Positions 1-11,477 of a stretch of 64,000 nucleotides of DNA are shown here, in pieces; position 1 is the first letter of the stretch; every line of letters begins with the position of its first letter. The notes beneath the pieces were generated by a model. The model made no database searches. It had not been told where the DNA came from and saw only the letters and a program-made list of their open reading frames with translations. This stretch comes from Octopus vulgaris. Lineage: Eukaryota. The stretch spans positions 61,566,001-61,630,000 of the forward strand of contig OX597817.1 of the NCBI GenBank assembly GCA_951406725.2, given 5' to 3'. Made by a program: the position numbers and the translations under genes.

Positions 1-62
1 GGATATAGGTGGCGAAGGTGTTTCCATATTTCTCGAGTGTTATCCGGTATAGTATTTTCTCT

Positions 63-65
<3 letters not shown>

Positions 66-119
<54 letters not shown>
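66..119. repeat. (TA)n microsatellite
   Basis: Uninterrupted TA run. Confidence 0.95.
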
Positions 120-122
<3 letters not shown>

Positions 123-485
123 TGTATGAACATTTAATGTAGTTTTAGAGTCAAGTTTTGGCTACTATTTCCAGTGTGAAAGAAGAGCAGTTTCTGTCGT
201 CGTTATCTTGATATTTCTGCACAAGTTAGGGGGCCCCCAAGGATCCGTTTTGTCGCTTATTTATTATAAAAAAAACTATATCATAGCATAAAAAATAGAT
301 GCATTTTGTAGATAATTCTTTTTTATTGGCTTAGAGCGGATACTGACCTTGATAAAATAAATTATTACATACTTATTACAGAAACATGGTTATTACGACC
401 TTCAAAAACTTTTTTAGGAAGAACTGTTTAAAAAAAAACATATACGAAATATAAAGGTATACATGAATACACAACCACCCACTAA

Positions 486-563
486 TGTATGTATGTATGT
501 ATGTATGTATGTATGTATGTATGTATGTATGTATGTATGTATGTATGTATGTATGTATGTATG
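486..563. repeat. (ATGT)n microsatellite
   Basis: Perfect tetranucleotide run; source of the spurious YVCM/HTYI ORFs. Confidence 0.95.
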
Positions 564-716
564 TGACCGCGTGTGTACCATTGGCGATTTTTTTCCTCCG
601 TCTTCCCTTCTCTGGATCTTTCCTTTTCCTTTGTTTCTGACGAAGAGCTCCGCTCGAAACGTTAAACCCTCCTTCTTCCCTTCCTTCCTGAGCGTCCAAT
701 AATACTATATTTGTAT
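564..716 (+). mobile_element. Penelope-like pseudo-LTR fragment (family 1) containing a hammerhead
   Basis: Second copy at 24568-24762 (tgtgaccgcgtgtgtacc...gctccgctcgaaacgttaaaccctcc...ccaataatactatatttg). Contains a minimal hammerhead core. Penelope assignment is inferred from the ribozyme type. Confidence 0.6.
633..667 (+). ncRNA. Minimal type I hammerhead ribozyme
   Basis: GUUU-CUGACGA-A-GAGC(ucc)GCUC-GAA-ACGU-U-AAAC. Stem I GUUU/AAAC, stem II GAGC/GCUC, palindromic ACGU stem III. Predicted cleavage after GUU (663). Confidence 0.75.
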
Positions 717-855
717 ATACCCTAAATTATAATTTTAATAATAATTATTACCTTTGAAGGTTTTTATTCCCATGCTGGCTACTTGATAAGTTCGTTATTT
801 AAATAACAATATTATCCTTATTTCTATAAAGTTATATATATGTATATATATATAT

Positions 856-2163
856 AAAATAAATATAAGAGAGTGGTCACTATATTGCTCACTCTAGCAC
901 CAGTTAATCCAAAAGGTTTCAACCACGAAAATACATGCTTACCATGAAAGTCAGTACGATTGTTAGCTCACACGGACAGGGCAAATAAAAAATAACAAAA
1001 ATACAGATTATTTTGGGACAATTGTTTCGCTATTAATGAATTAAATGTAATTTTACTTACAAAAAAAATCCATTTGTAGCTCGTCAGCCAAGACTATCTG
1101 GATGAAATCCACTCAATCACACGCCAGATTTTACCATAACGATAAATACGCGTGTGGTTCAATTGATTACATCCGACGTTATAATTCAAATGCCCCAACC
1201 AACAGCGCGCCAAACTTTCACGGAAAACAAATACAGCATTTAGAAATAAATGCAGCATAATTATAATTAATTAATAAGGGTGAGAGAATTAGATACTAAT
1301 TTAATAGTATATTTATTCAACACCAAGTGGCCTAGTGCTTCGAGAAACCTGGATTATTATAATATTTTATAACATATTATAATATTTTTACAAAATAAAT
1401 ATAAGAGAGTGGTCACTATATTGCTCACTCTAGCACCAGTTAATCCAAAAGGTTTCAACCACGAAAATACATGCTTACCATGAAAGTCAGTACGATTGTT
1501 AGCTCACACGGACAGGGCAAATATACTATTAAATTAGTATCTAATTCTCTCATTTAAGGCGAATTCAAATTTAAGGCGAATTCAAATTATTACAATATAT
1601 AAAAGGGCTTAGTAAAATAAATTACTTTGCCGCATACTGAACTCATTAGAAATAGCAGCTAAAAAACTTTTTTAAAAGGAAAGGGGAAAGGGGAGAACAG
1701 AAATTCTTCGCTTGCATGTTTGAGTTTGTTGGCACTGTTAGTTACGAGCGGATCTTCGAAAGAGATGAGAGGCCGAAGGAGTATGCTCTCACTTTCAGTG
1801 TTTTCAAATCCAAACCAAAGGAGTTTCTGAGCTGATGATAGAAGTGTCGTGTTGACTAATCTTGAAACGTACGTTCTCAAATAACCTTTGCATTTGATTT
1901 TTTGATGTATTTACCCCCAAACTTTCGTGAGTTGAGTTGAGCAAGCACTATATGAGAGAGATTTTCTTTAAGTATTAGAAATGGTTTTTTAAAAAAGTTT
2001 TTTAGCTGCTATTTCTAATGAGTTCAGTATGCGGCAAAGTAATTTATTTTACTAAGCCCTTTTATATATTGTAATAATTTGAATTCGCCTTAAATGGTCC
2101 CTTTGCATACTGAACACTTGGTGAAATTGATTAATAATTAATTAATTTTACCCTCAATTGTTG

Positions 2164-2170
<7 letters not shown>
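856..2170. mobile_element. Penelope-like mosaic with direct and inverted repeats
   Basis: Direct repeat ~856-986 / ~1392-1523; inverted repeats ~1281-1312 / ~1522-1552 and ~1568-1677 / ~1986-2095; hammerhead at 1013-1091; bounded by TA runs. Confidence 0.6.
1013..1091 (-). ncRNA. Type I hammerhead ribozyme with extended stem II
   Basis: Minus strand reads UUGG-CUGACGA-GCUA...UAGC-GAA-ACAAUUGU-C-CCAA. Stem I UUGG/CCAA, stem II closed by GCUA/UAGC, palindromic stem III, GUC cleavage triplet. Confidence 0.85.
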
Positions 2171-2220
<50 letters not shown>

Positions 2221-2248
2221 GTATGTATAGATATATAAAGTTATATTT

Positions 2249-2296
2249 AACTCAGAGTAACAGGTTTTGTTGAATTTTCTGCTGCTTTAAATAAAG
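2249..2296 (+). mobile_element. Short fragment of the hammerhead-bearing repeat at 35138-35245
   Basis: aactcagagtaacaggttttgttgaattttctgctgctttaaataaag closely matches 35198-35245. Confidence 0.7.
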
Positions 2297-3057
2297 TATA
2301 TATATATGTATGTATTTAGGAATGTGCAGGATTATATACATACATGCACACAAACACATACATATATACATACTTACATAACATATTCATGTGCATATGT
2401 ATATAATATGTTTGTTTATATATCTCTGTCCATCACGATGTATGTGTGTGTGTGTGCGTGTGTGTGTGTGTGTGTACATGCAGGTGCGTGGTGGTGAACA
2501 GTGGAGGAAGGTGCGCGGAGGTGTACGAGGATGGCCGAACAGTAAACTTGCAGACTTCATTTTCTCGCATTGTTTATGGTGTTTATCTGCCATGTCGTTG
2601 GCAGATGTTTTATATTTGTCGGATGTAAATAAGTGTGTGTGTATGTGTGTGTTTGCGCGCACACGCTTGTTTACGTATGCTCCTGTTTCTATACGTAAGT
2701 ATATGTATGTGTTTACGTGTACATTCAAGCATATAAACATACATGTATATATAGTTATGTATATGTGTATGTAAGTGTACTCACAAACGTACACACACAC
2801 ATAACACAGAGACACACGGATATATATACACATTATATTATTTTATACGTTGTGTGTATATATATATAATGTATATATGTAAGATATATATATATATATA
2901 TGCTTTTACATATACGTGTGTGTGTATACAAATTTACAAATGTATATGTGTATATATACGTATAATAATATACATACACATATATGTATGCATATATCAT
3001 ATATGTTTCAATGCATGCATGCATTTATGTATGTATGTATGCATTTATGTTTGCATT

Positions 3058-3091
<34 letters not shown>

Positions 3092-3150
3092 TGTATGTAT
3101 GTATGTATATGTGTGTGTATGTATGTATGTTTGTGTGTATGTATGTGAAC
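2297..3150. repeat. Compound TA/CA/TG/ATGT low-complexity region
   Basis: Interleaved short tandem repeats, apart from a unique GC-richer island at ~2480-2625. Confidence 0.85.
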
Positions 3151-3472
3151 TTGAAACATTTATGATTTTGCATCGCTCTTCCTAACTCATACACACACGC
3201 GAAATACTTCTCTCTTCCACAGACTGGCTCACAAGAATGCATGCACACACACAGATACGCGTATGCAGACACTGCAGTTTATTTACGATAAAGACACACA
3301 TGTTTGTCTGACAGAGAGACAAAGACTAAACGGGAGAAAGAGTAGACACTTTAGGCCCACACTCGGAAATTTATTCGTGTTTAATTTCCTGCATTTGCCT
3401 ACACATACACGTATTTATGTTTTGGCATATACAAACACAAACAGTGCGATTAAGGTGATAGATATTGGGGAG

Positions 3473-4381
3473 GAGAGAATGAAGGGTTAAAGAATGAGTG
3501 AATGTGAGTGCAATAAAATTGAACATGAAATTATATACCTAAACTATAATAATGAAAGCTGCTTATTAATTAGTTTGGATTGTGTTAACTTTTACTGAAA
3601 GAAAGCAGATATTACAGTCTACACTGACTAGAAAACTCTTATAAATTCCAATTTTAATATATTTTCATCAAAATGTGGTTTTCAAGAATCTTTTATTACC
3701 TTGCACTGCTGTTTTGTAGTGTAATGAAGAATAACACATACAAAGAAAAGTCAGGCAAAATATGTTGCAAAAATTATACTAATTGGGAATCGGTTGTGTA
3801 AATGTTTTTAAGCGACTAACAGAAAACTGCCTGGAGTGCGGTCTTTCTACTAGTATATTCAAAGGTGTGAAACAAAATAAAACGGTTGCGACCAGAGTGG
3901 TTATGAATTGACATTTTTTCGATTTCCCTTCCGTGTAATGCTCATTGTACCATATGTCCTCCATAGGAATGCTCTTCATTCTTTCATACCAGCATAAAAT
4001 GTATTTTAATGTCGTTTTCGATCCTAGCATATGAATTGGGAGAAACATTGGAGTATTCGTGTTTTAATCCAAAATGGAGACAAACACCATTTCTCCATGT
4101 GACCGGTTTGAAAAGTTGTTAAGATTTTAAGATATTTTCATAACATGAAACTAACGGTAGCCTTAATGCAGAAATGTGTGTGTGTGTGTGTGTGTGTGTC
4201 CAACTGAGCTTGATATGTTGTTAGAACGCTGAATACTGCGTTACTAGCCTTGAGAGAATGTAGGGTTACAGAATGAGTGAATGTGAGTGCAATAAAATTG
4301 AACATGAAATTATATATCTAAACTATAATAAAGAAAGCTGCTTTTTAATTAGTTTGGATTATATTAACTTTTACTGAAAGA
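3473..4381. repeat. ~130-bp dispersed direct repeat (3473-3602 and 4252-4381)
   Basis: gagagaatg.agggtta.agaatgagtgaatgtgagtgcaataaaattg...ttttactgaaaga occurs twice with few differences. Confidence 0.85.
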
Positions 4382-4638
4382 CGTTTTTTTGGTGTCCTGT
4401 ACCCATATATGCATGTATATATACATGTAGAGGTAGGTACGTACATATATGTATGTATATATGCATATGTTTTATTTATTTATTAATTTATTATATGACG
4501 GAACGCACGCATCCATTTCTAAGTAAAATTGTTCTTAATATTAATAATGATGCGCACTCTTAACCTTTCTCTCCCACTCCCTTTCTCAGCCTTCATTCTT
4601 TTGGCTTTCCTTTTCTTCTACCTTACTGTCTCTTCCCC

Positions 4639-4672
<34 letters not shown>

Positions 4673-5298
4673 CTCTACAACCATTCCCTTTTTCTCTCTC
4701 CCTTTCTCTTACTCCTCCTCCTCCCTCCCGTCGTTGACCCGCGACGAGAGCTCTGCTACAGTCTTTCTTTCCTGGCTGTCTTCAAGTAGAGACGGCACTT
4801 TCTGTTGCTCCTCCGCCGTTCTCAAAAATACCGTTCGTATTATTTTATCTCGTTCGGCTTAACTGCCCTTCTTGTTTGTGTTACTGTTATTCTCCTTGTC
4901 CTGTCTTTTACTGTTTATATTTTGTACTGTCGTTACTGTCCTGGTTTTGTTACCATTTTTACCCCTCCGCAAAATAATCTCAAATTTTATTTAATTTGAT
5001 TTTCGCGGGAAGGAAATTTTCATTGAAGTCATGTATCGCCTTGACCTTCGAAACGTGGAGTAGATGAAACAAAGGCGACTGAAGAAGAGGAATTTTCCTT
5101 GTTTTGTATGTCCTGTACTCTATTTTTTCGTTGTTTAAGAAAATGTCCATTTCCTTGGTTTTGTGTTTATGTTTTCGTTTCTCATTGTGTTCGACGTTTT
5201 TTTGGTGTCCTGTACTCATATATGCATGTATATGTACATGTAGAGGTAGGTACGTACATATATGTATGTATATATGCATATGTTTTATTTATTTATTA
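4381..5298 (+). mobile_element. Penelope-like element remnant with terminal direct repeat (family 2)
   Basis: 4381-4485 is repeated at 5194-5298. The 3' part recurs inverted at 27752-28012. Contains degenerate hammerhead-like motifs at ~5018-5090. Confidence 0.55.
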
Positions 5299-5304
5299 GT
5301 TTAT

Positions 5305-5455
5305 TACATACATACACATACACACATACACACACGCATACATACATGCACACATACACACATACATACATACATACATACATACATACATACATACATA
5401 CATACATACATACATACATACATACATACATACGCACGCACGCACGCACGCACGC
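5305..5455. repeat. (CATA)n/(CACG)n microsatellite
   Basis: Direct inspection. Confidence 0.9.
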
Positions 5456-5707
5456 TTCCACCTTCTACTAACGTATACGTTGCAATTACAAGTATAAGCT
5501 ATAGCATTCAGTAATCTAAAGTGTTCTGATTTGCGCAATAATTGGAGTCTCGCAGTGTCTGAAAGATGAATTTACTTCATCCCAAGAGCCTTTTTTCGAG
5601 TAGTTACTGACTGAGACAAAGAGTAATAATGAAAGAAAAAAAATTGCTATTATGTGTTTATGCATGTGTTTGATGTATATGTCTGTATATACGTATCTGT
5701 AGGTATG

Positions 5708-5744
<37 letters not shown>

Positions 5745-5762
<18 letters not shown>

Positions 5763-6128
5763 GGCAGTTTGTCTGTGCGTGTTTCTGTGTGTCTGTTTGC
5801 TTGTACCCTCACCCTGACCACGGCTTTCAACCGATTCTGATGAAACTTGACACACACATAGCCCAATGTCATAATTCAAAGCTAACGCAGCGAAAATTTT
5901 GAAAAGTTCCCCCAGTTCTGAAAAAAATCGATAAATTCGACATGGGGTCGAGAATCAGGAATACGAACCACAAACTGTCTAGGGGACGCAACTCTACCTT
6001 TTTTAAATCTCAAAAAAAAATTTACCATCATTTTTTCCATTTTTTTGCTATTTTTTGGCTATAACTCTCTAAAAATGCTTTATAGTTATTTCCCTTACAA
6101 ACCTGAGCAACGCCGGGCGATACTGCTA

Positions 6129-6129
<1 letters not shown>
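5745..6129 (+). mobile_element. Non-autonomous Helitron
   Basis: Starts in a (TA)n run with ...tatataaacggcagtttgtctgtg. Ends with subterminal hairpin cctgagcaacgccggg and CTAG|T. No TSD. Confidence 0.75.
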
Positions 6130-6183
<54 letters not shown>

Positions 6184-6879
6184 ACTTACATACGTGTGTG
6201 TGTTTATGTCGAAACTTTACAATATATTATGACATGGTTATTTATAATATATTATATAACTACGATAATGTTAAATGTGTCGAAATGTTTTTTTAGATTC
6301 TAATTTCGCTCCTATATACAGCGCGTTCGAATTCCGCCTAGGCTACCTTTGACTTACACTATCTTTGGGAAATAAAACATATCAGTTTTATACTGTTGAT
6401 TGATTTAATCAATTCTATTCCTTTCTTACAACTCTGTAGCCACATGCCAACATAAGAAATCTATTTTGTAAATGAAAGCGTTAAAATATACAGTATGGAT
6501 TCGAGTATATTACTGGTAGGTTTTTATTATATTGAACTTCGAGTGTTCTACCCACTCAGGTCCAAAAAAGATTCTGCCTCACAGACATAGAAAAGCAAAA
6601 CTAAACACCATAAGATACTGGTTATCTTCTCTGCTTGGCCACTCATCGCTTTATTAAAATCCTATAAAAGATCGTTTAACATTATACACGTAGCCTTGTT
6701 TATCATTGATTTATTCATCAATGATTTGGAAAACTCGTTACACTTAATTGTAAGGCATACTATACTTTTCTAGGATTGATTTGTGATGACATAGGTTGAC
6801 GATCAGCCGAAGATTTTGCTTGGACCGCAAACCATCCGCCACGCAACCGCCCACAATGTTCGTCTCCCCAGAATTCACT

Positions 6880-7125
6880 ATCACCTGTGTTTACGAGACC
6901 ATATTGTACGTCCGCGTATTTTTTATACGGGTTTACGTACTCGTACCCATCAACATGGGGCTAGTGAACAGAAAATTACGATGGCGCCTCAGCCTTACAA
7001 ACGTCGCATCTCTACATAAAAGGTAGGAATGATCACGAAAATGCGTGACAATGGACGTTTCACTGCTATGAACCATAAGTTGGATGTCAAAGAATCTAGC
7101 ATTCATTCCATTCACAAAATGTCTG
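6880..7125 (+). pseudogene. Possible Tigger/pogo transposase N-terminal (CENP-B HTH) relic
   Basis: ATG at 6980 gives MAPQPYKRRIST*KVGMITKMRDNGRFTAMNHKLDVKESSIHSIHK, resembling the MAPK..KRK..EK.....NESTIR.I pattern. Degenerate. Confidence 0.35.
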
Positions 7126-7267
7126 CGGGTGATTCATTTGTCCCTCGCTTTTCTCTTCTTACCAAACCCCTATGATGAATGAGGTGAGATGTATTAGACA
7201 CTAAATTCTGTTTAACTTAAGGATCAGGACATCAAGTCTATCATGTAATTAATAGGTGTGGACATGA

Positions 7268-7560
7268 GGACACGTGACATAGTGGTTATGATGTTGCATT
7301 TTCAATCGTGAGATGTTGGTTTCGATTCCCGAACCGGGTAGTGTGTTGTGTTCTTGAGCAAAACATTCCATCTCGCGTTGTTCTGCGATCACTTCGACAT
7401 CTGACGAGTGGAACATCAACGTCGACTTAGTGGCCGGAGTGAGCTAAGAGCTAATGCACAACACAAACATTTGAACACTAAAAAAAAAAAAAATCATTTG
7501 TGTTATTGTTCAGCAAGAAATTGCAAAACCTTCATCTAACGTTGACAAGAAGAGAGTCCA
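7268..7560 (+). mobile_element. tRNA-headed SINE (family C)
   Basis: A/B-box-like head (gacatagtggtta...gtttcgattcccg); homologous copy at 47401-47682. Confidence 0.7.
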
Positions 7561-7654
7561 CGAGAGTCCTCAGGAGTCCACAGGAGTCATGGGACAATAA
7601 AGTGCTTCAAGGAATACATTATATTGTTTCTTCTTTCTCGGTTTCCTTCTTTAA

Positions 7655-8250
7655 ATTCAGGGGGTGAATTGATTATGTCTTCCAGTGTGCTAAATATTGG
7701 CTTCAAATGTCAGCACAAGGCCAGCAATTTCAGGCAGGTGGGGATGAGTCGATTACATCGACCCCCAGTGCTCAACTGGTACTTATTTTGTCGATCCCGA
7801 AAGAATGAAAGGCAAAATCTGAGTTCAAATTCCGCCGCGGCTGGCTTTGTCCTTGTACCAAAATTTGAAGCCAATATAAGAAGGAATCAAGGTGGCGAGC
7901 TAGCAAAATCGTTACCGAGCACAATGCTTAGCAGCATTTCGTCGTTCTGAGTTCAAATTCCACTGAGGTCATCTTCGCTTTCCGTCCTTCCGAGGTCGAT
8001 AAAATAAATATCAGTTGATCAGTGGGGTTGATGTAATCGATTAGCCCTCTCTCCCGAAATTGCTGGCCTTGTGATAAAATTTAAATTAATATTAGAAGGG
8101 ACCTTAATAGCAAAATCAGAATAGGCTGAACAAGGTGTGTTGCGGTACTTATTTCGGTTTATGCTCTGAGTTCAAATCCTGCCAGGTTTGACTTCTAATT
8201 CTAGATCACACAGGGTTTAATAATATACGTGTTGGTCAAATACTGATTGT
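7655..8250. mobile_element. Cluster of SINE family A fragments in mixed orientation
   Basis: Repeated ctgagttcaaattcc / ggtcgataaa / ggggttgatgtaatcga motifs shared with 23127-23361. Confidence 0.75.
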
Positions 8251-8539
8251 AGTTTAAACAACTTTTCGTTCTTCATATTTGTGGCTCGAATTTGAATAAA
8301 TGCTGTGTGGTATAAAGTACATCAGTAGAATAGACATGTAATATTGAGTACAATATAAACATTTAATATAGAGTACCATATAGATACGCTGCGACGGACC
8401 GACATCTCGTCCAGGTAGGGAACCTATACGCCAATGAAACCGGGAAACCGGCCCTTATGAGCCAGGCATGGCTGGAGAAGGAAGGAACGAACAACAACAT
8501 ATAGATACGTAATACATAGTACTCCATATACATGTAATG

Positions 8540-9012
8540 TAAAGTACGATATAGAATAAAGTTAACGCCTGTTTCGAGACTCGCAACCCATTAAGATGCA
8601 GTTCGTTCCAGTTTCCATAACGTTTAAGTGACCGAGAGAGCAAACTCCCAGTCCGCCGCAAGATTAACCCCTGGATGCTACTGGTACTCATTTCAGCGGA
8701 GTAGACTGAAGCAACGGGAAAACGAATTACCTTAGCACGCACACCCGGTCCGGCTGTCGGTTCACCACCTTATGATGGTGATCCAAATCCCCTAAACACT
8801 AGGCAACGTTTTGTCATGAACTGTATTACATTTTATAAATTTTGAATAACCTTAACTGCCTCTGGTACTCATTTTCAGCTGAATGCCCTGAAGTAACGTA
8901 AAAAAGGAGTACCTTACTTAAGGATACCACGCGCCATTCAGTCCAGGAATTGAACCTACGACCTTAGAATTATGAGCCTAACACCTTAACTATTAGGTCA
9001 TACGCCTTCACT
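8540..9012 (-). mobile_element. Two degenerate SINE copies (family D)
   Basis: ctggtactcatttcagc...ctgaagcaacg...accttagc occurs twice; reverse B-box ggaattgaacct. Similar relic near 60990-61150. Confidence 0.55.
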
Positions 9013-9184
9013 GTGGTATAAGAATACTGTTAAGTAGAACAGAAATGCAATGTAATTCTGTCGAGTCTTGATTTGTCGTACTGCAATGCTTCCTTCATTT
9101 TAATAATGCCGTGCTTCACAAAAGATGTGAACTGAATTATCAAACAAGCAACCAATTCCAGCATTCCAATATTTCCATTCTAGG

Positions 9185-9470
9185 AAGGTGGCGAGCTGGC
9201 AGAATTGTTAGCACGCCGTATTTCGTCTGCCGTTACGTTCTGAGTTCAAATTCCACCGAGGTCGACTTTGCCTTTCTTCCTTTCGGTGTCGATAAATTAA
9301 GTACCAGTTACGCACTGGGGTCGATATAATCGACTTAACCCGTTTGTCTGTCCTCTCTGTGTTTAGTCCCTTGTGGGTAGTAAAGAAATAGGTATTTCGC
9401 CCGTCCTGGGGTCGATGTAATCAACTTCCCCTTCCCCCAAATTTCAGGCCTTGTGTCTATAATAGAAAAG
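9185..9470 (+). mobile_element. SINE family A
   Basis: ggtggcgagctggcagaa...gagttcaaattcc...cttgtgggtagtaaagaaatagg, followed by a second partial tail. Confidence 0.85.
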
Positions 9471-10467
9471 AATATTTCTGTTCTAGATATTTCGTTTGCT
9501 TCTTTCGTGACACTTGAGTCCGTTTCGTCTGGTACCATTTAGTTGCAGGAACATTGCCAAACATGTACGACTGCTGTTACAGCGCATGCCCTAATACTGC
9601 TACTACTACTAGTATTATAACCTGTTCTCCTATCGCAGGCGATGCTGATATTCTATATACCTTATGTCTCCAATGTGCCGAATAATAAAGGGAGAGAGAG
9701 AGAAAGAAATAAGATGGTCGTTACTTATTAGTTCTCCATCTTGAGAGATTAGGACAAAATAGATTAGAGCAATCAGATTTCGTCCTCAATCCCTTCGTGG
9801 CATCCTCTCTTGAGCTTATCTAATTAGCTTGCTGTCAAAATAACCTTCTCTACTTACTCTTCAAATATTCCATTAAACCGTCTAAAACACGGGGAAAGAT
9901 ATTGCAATCTCGAACTGACAGTTCCGCAAAATATATGGATTTTACCATCGCTGATAAAAAAAGATTTAAATATTTTACCATGAATGATGAGAAAAACATT
10001 AGAAAAAGGAAAATCCAAACGTTTTATGGGATTTCTATTTAAAACTAGAAAGCGAGCTGGAGGAAAAAACACACGATATAGTGCTTTCCCGATAAAAACA
10101 AAATGGAGAAAACCAGCTAAATAATTAACGATGTCATAACTTTTGGTGCAAAAAGATTGTAAAAACAAATATATACAGATAGAATAACCTATTACAGAAT
10201 CCTAAAATTTGGTGTTGGAAGAATGGTGTTTCAGAAGTAATTCATATCACCCCTGATAACAGCAGCGTTTAAGTTTGTTCAACAAATTCTAAAACAGATT
10301 AATTTCATATCACCGTGAATTAATCCATTACAAAAGTCAACAGATACGATATTAAAATAATAATGCTTTCTCAGATCGGCACAAGGCCTCATGTTTGTAG
10401 AAGACGGGTCGTAGCGAGTTCACCCTGATACAGTAAATACTTGGTACTTATTATGTAGACCCAAAAG

Positions 10468-10682
10468 AGGTGATGAGCTGGCAGAACCGTTAGATCCTCG
10501 GACAAATGCTTAGCAGCGTTTCATCTGGTTCGTTACGTTCTGAGTTCAAATTCCGCCGAGGTCGACTTTACCTTTCATCTTTTCGAAGTTGGTAAAATAA
10601 GTACCAGTTGAACACCGGGTTAATGAAATTGATATACCCCTCCCCTAAAACTGTTGGTCTTGTGGAAAATTTTGAAATCATT
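10468..10682 (+). mobile_element. SINE family A
   Basis: Same head and core as 9185 and 23127. Confidence 0.8.
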
Positions 10683-11477
10683 ATTTAGAGCCAGAGACGC
10701 GGAAACTTAAGACGGGTCTTGAATTCAGAGTGAAGTAAATACTGAAAGGCAACCTCGCTGTTCTATTATTTTAGTCAAACTACGGCAAAATAGGGATTTC
10801 TTATTTACTCATACCGCCAAAAACTATGCCGTGGTTATTGTTGTTATTGTCGTTGTCCACCAGGTCAGATTTGATCTATCAGATTTTTCAAAGAAGGAAA
10901 GACAGCATCATTAGTTTTTTTTAGAGCTGCCAAGACTGGTTTAAAGTACGATAAGATTTTCTCCTCAGAGTGGGAACTTCGCCCGAAAATTTACAACAGA
11001 TTGGACTCCATTAAAGACGTCCACATGTCAAGTATCAGTGTTAAGCCGAGAAAAGGATGAAAGAACAGGAAGGGGCCTTCCAAAGGGCTTCTTCAAAATT
11101 TCCAACTATTAAATTCCACTCACAGAGCTTTAGTCGACCTGAGACAAGAATTAATGGTGTTCAAGCCATTTTCAATAATGTTACTATAGTGTATACCGTC
11201 CGGTCAGCAGCACTCTGCGTGCGCATGAGTGTGTGTGTGTTCTCTTTTGTTTCTAATTTCAATTATTCCTCTGAAGAAGGAGTTGGTTTCTTAGAAAAAT
11301 ACAAAGATCCATCATTAGAAACTGTTTCATTTCAAATTTGAGAAAAGTCTTTCATATTTTCACCGTTTCACTTCCACATTGTAATGGGCGAGTTAGTTTG
11401 GTTGATTTCTTTTACTGAAAACCCCAGCTCATCCAAATTGTCAATTAGGCACTTACTCACAAAATCAAGTGCACCAA

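Noticed and set aside
2010-2060. Hammerhead-like ctaatgag...ggcaaagtaa...ttacta in the inverted repeat
   Set aside because: Both core boxes are mutated and stem I does not pair; at best a decayed relic.
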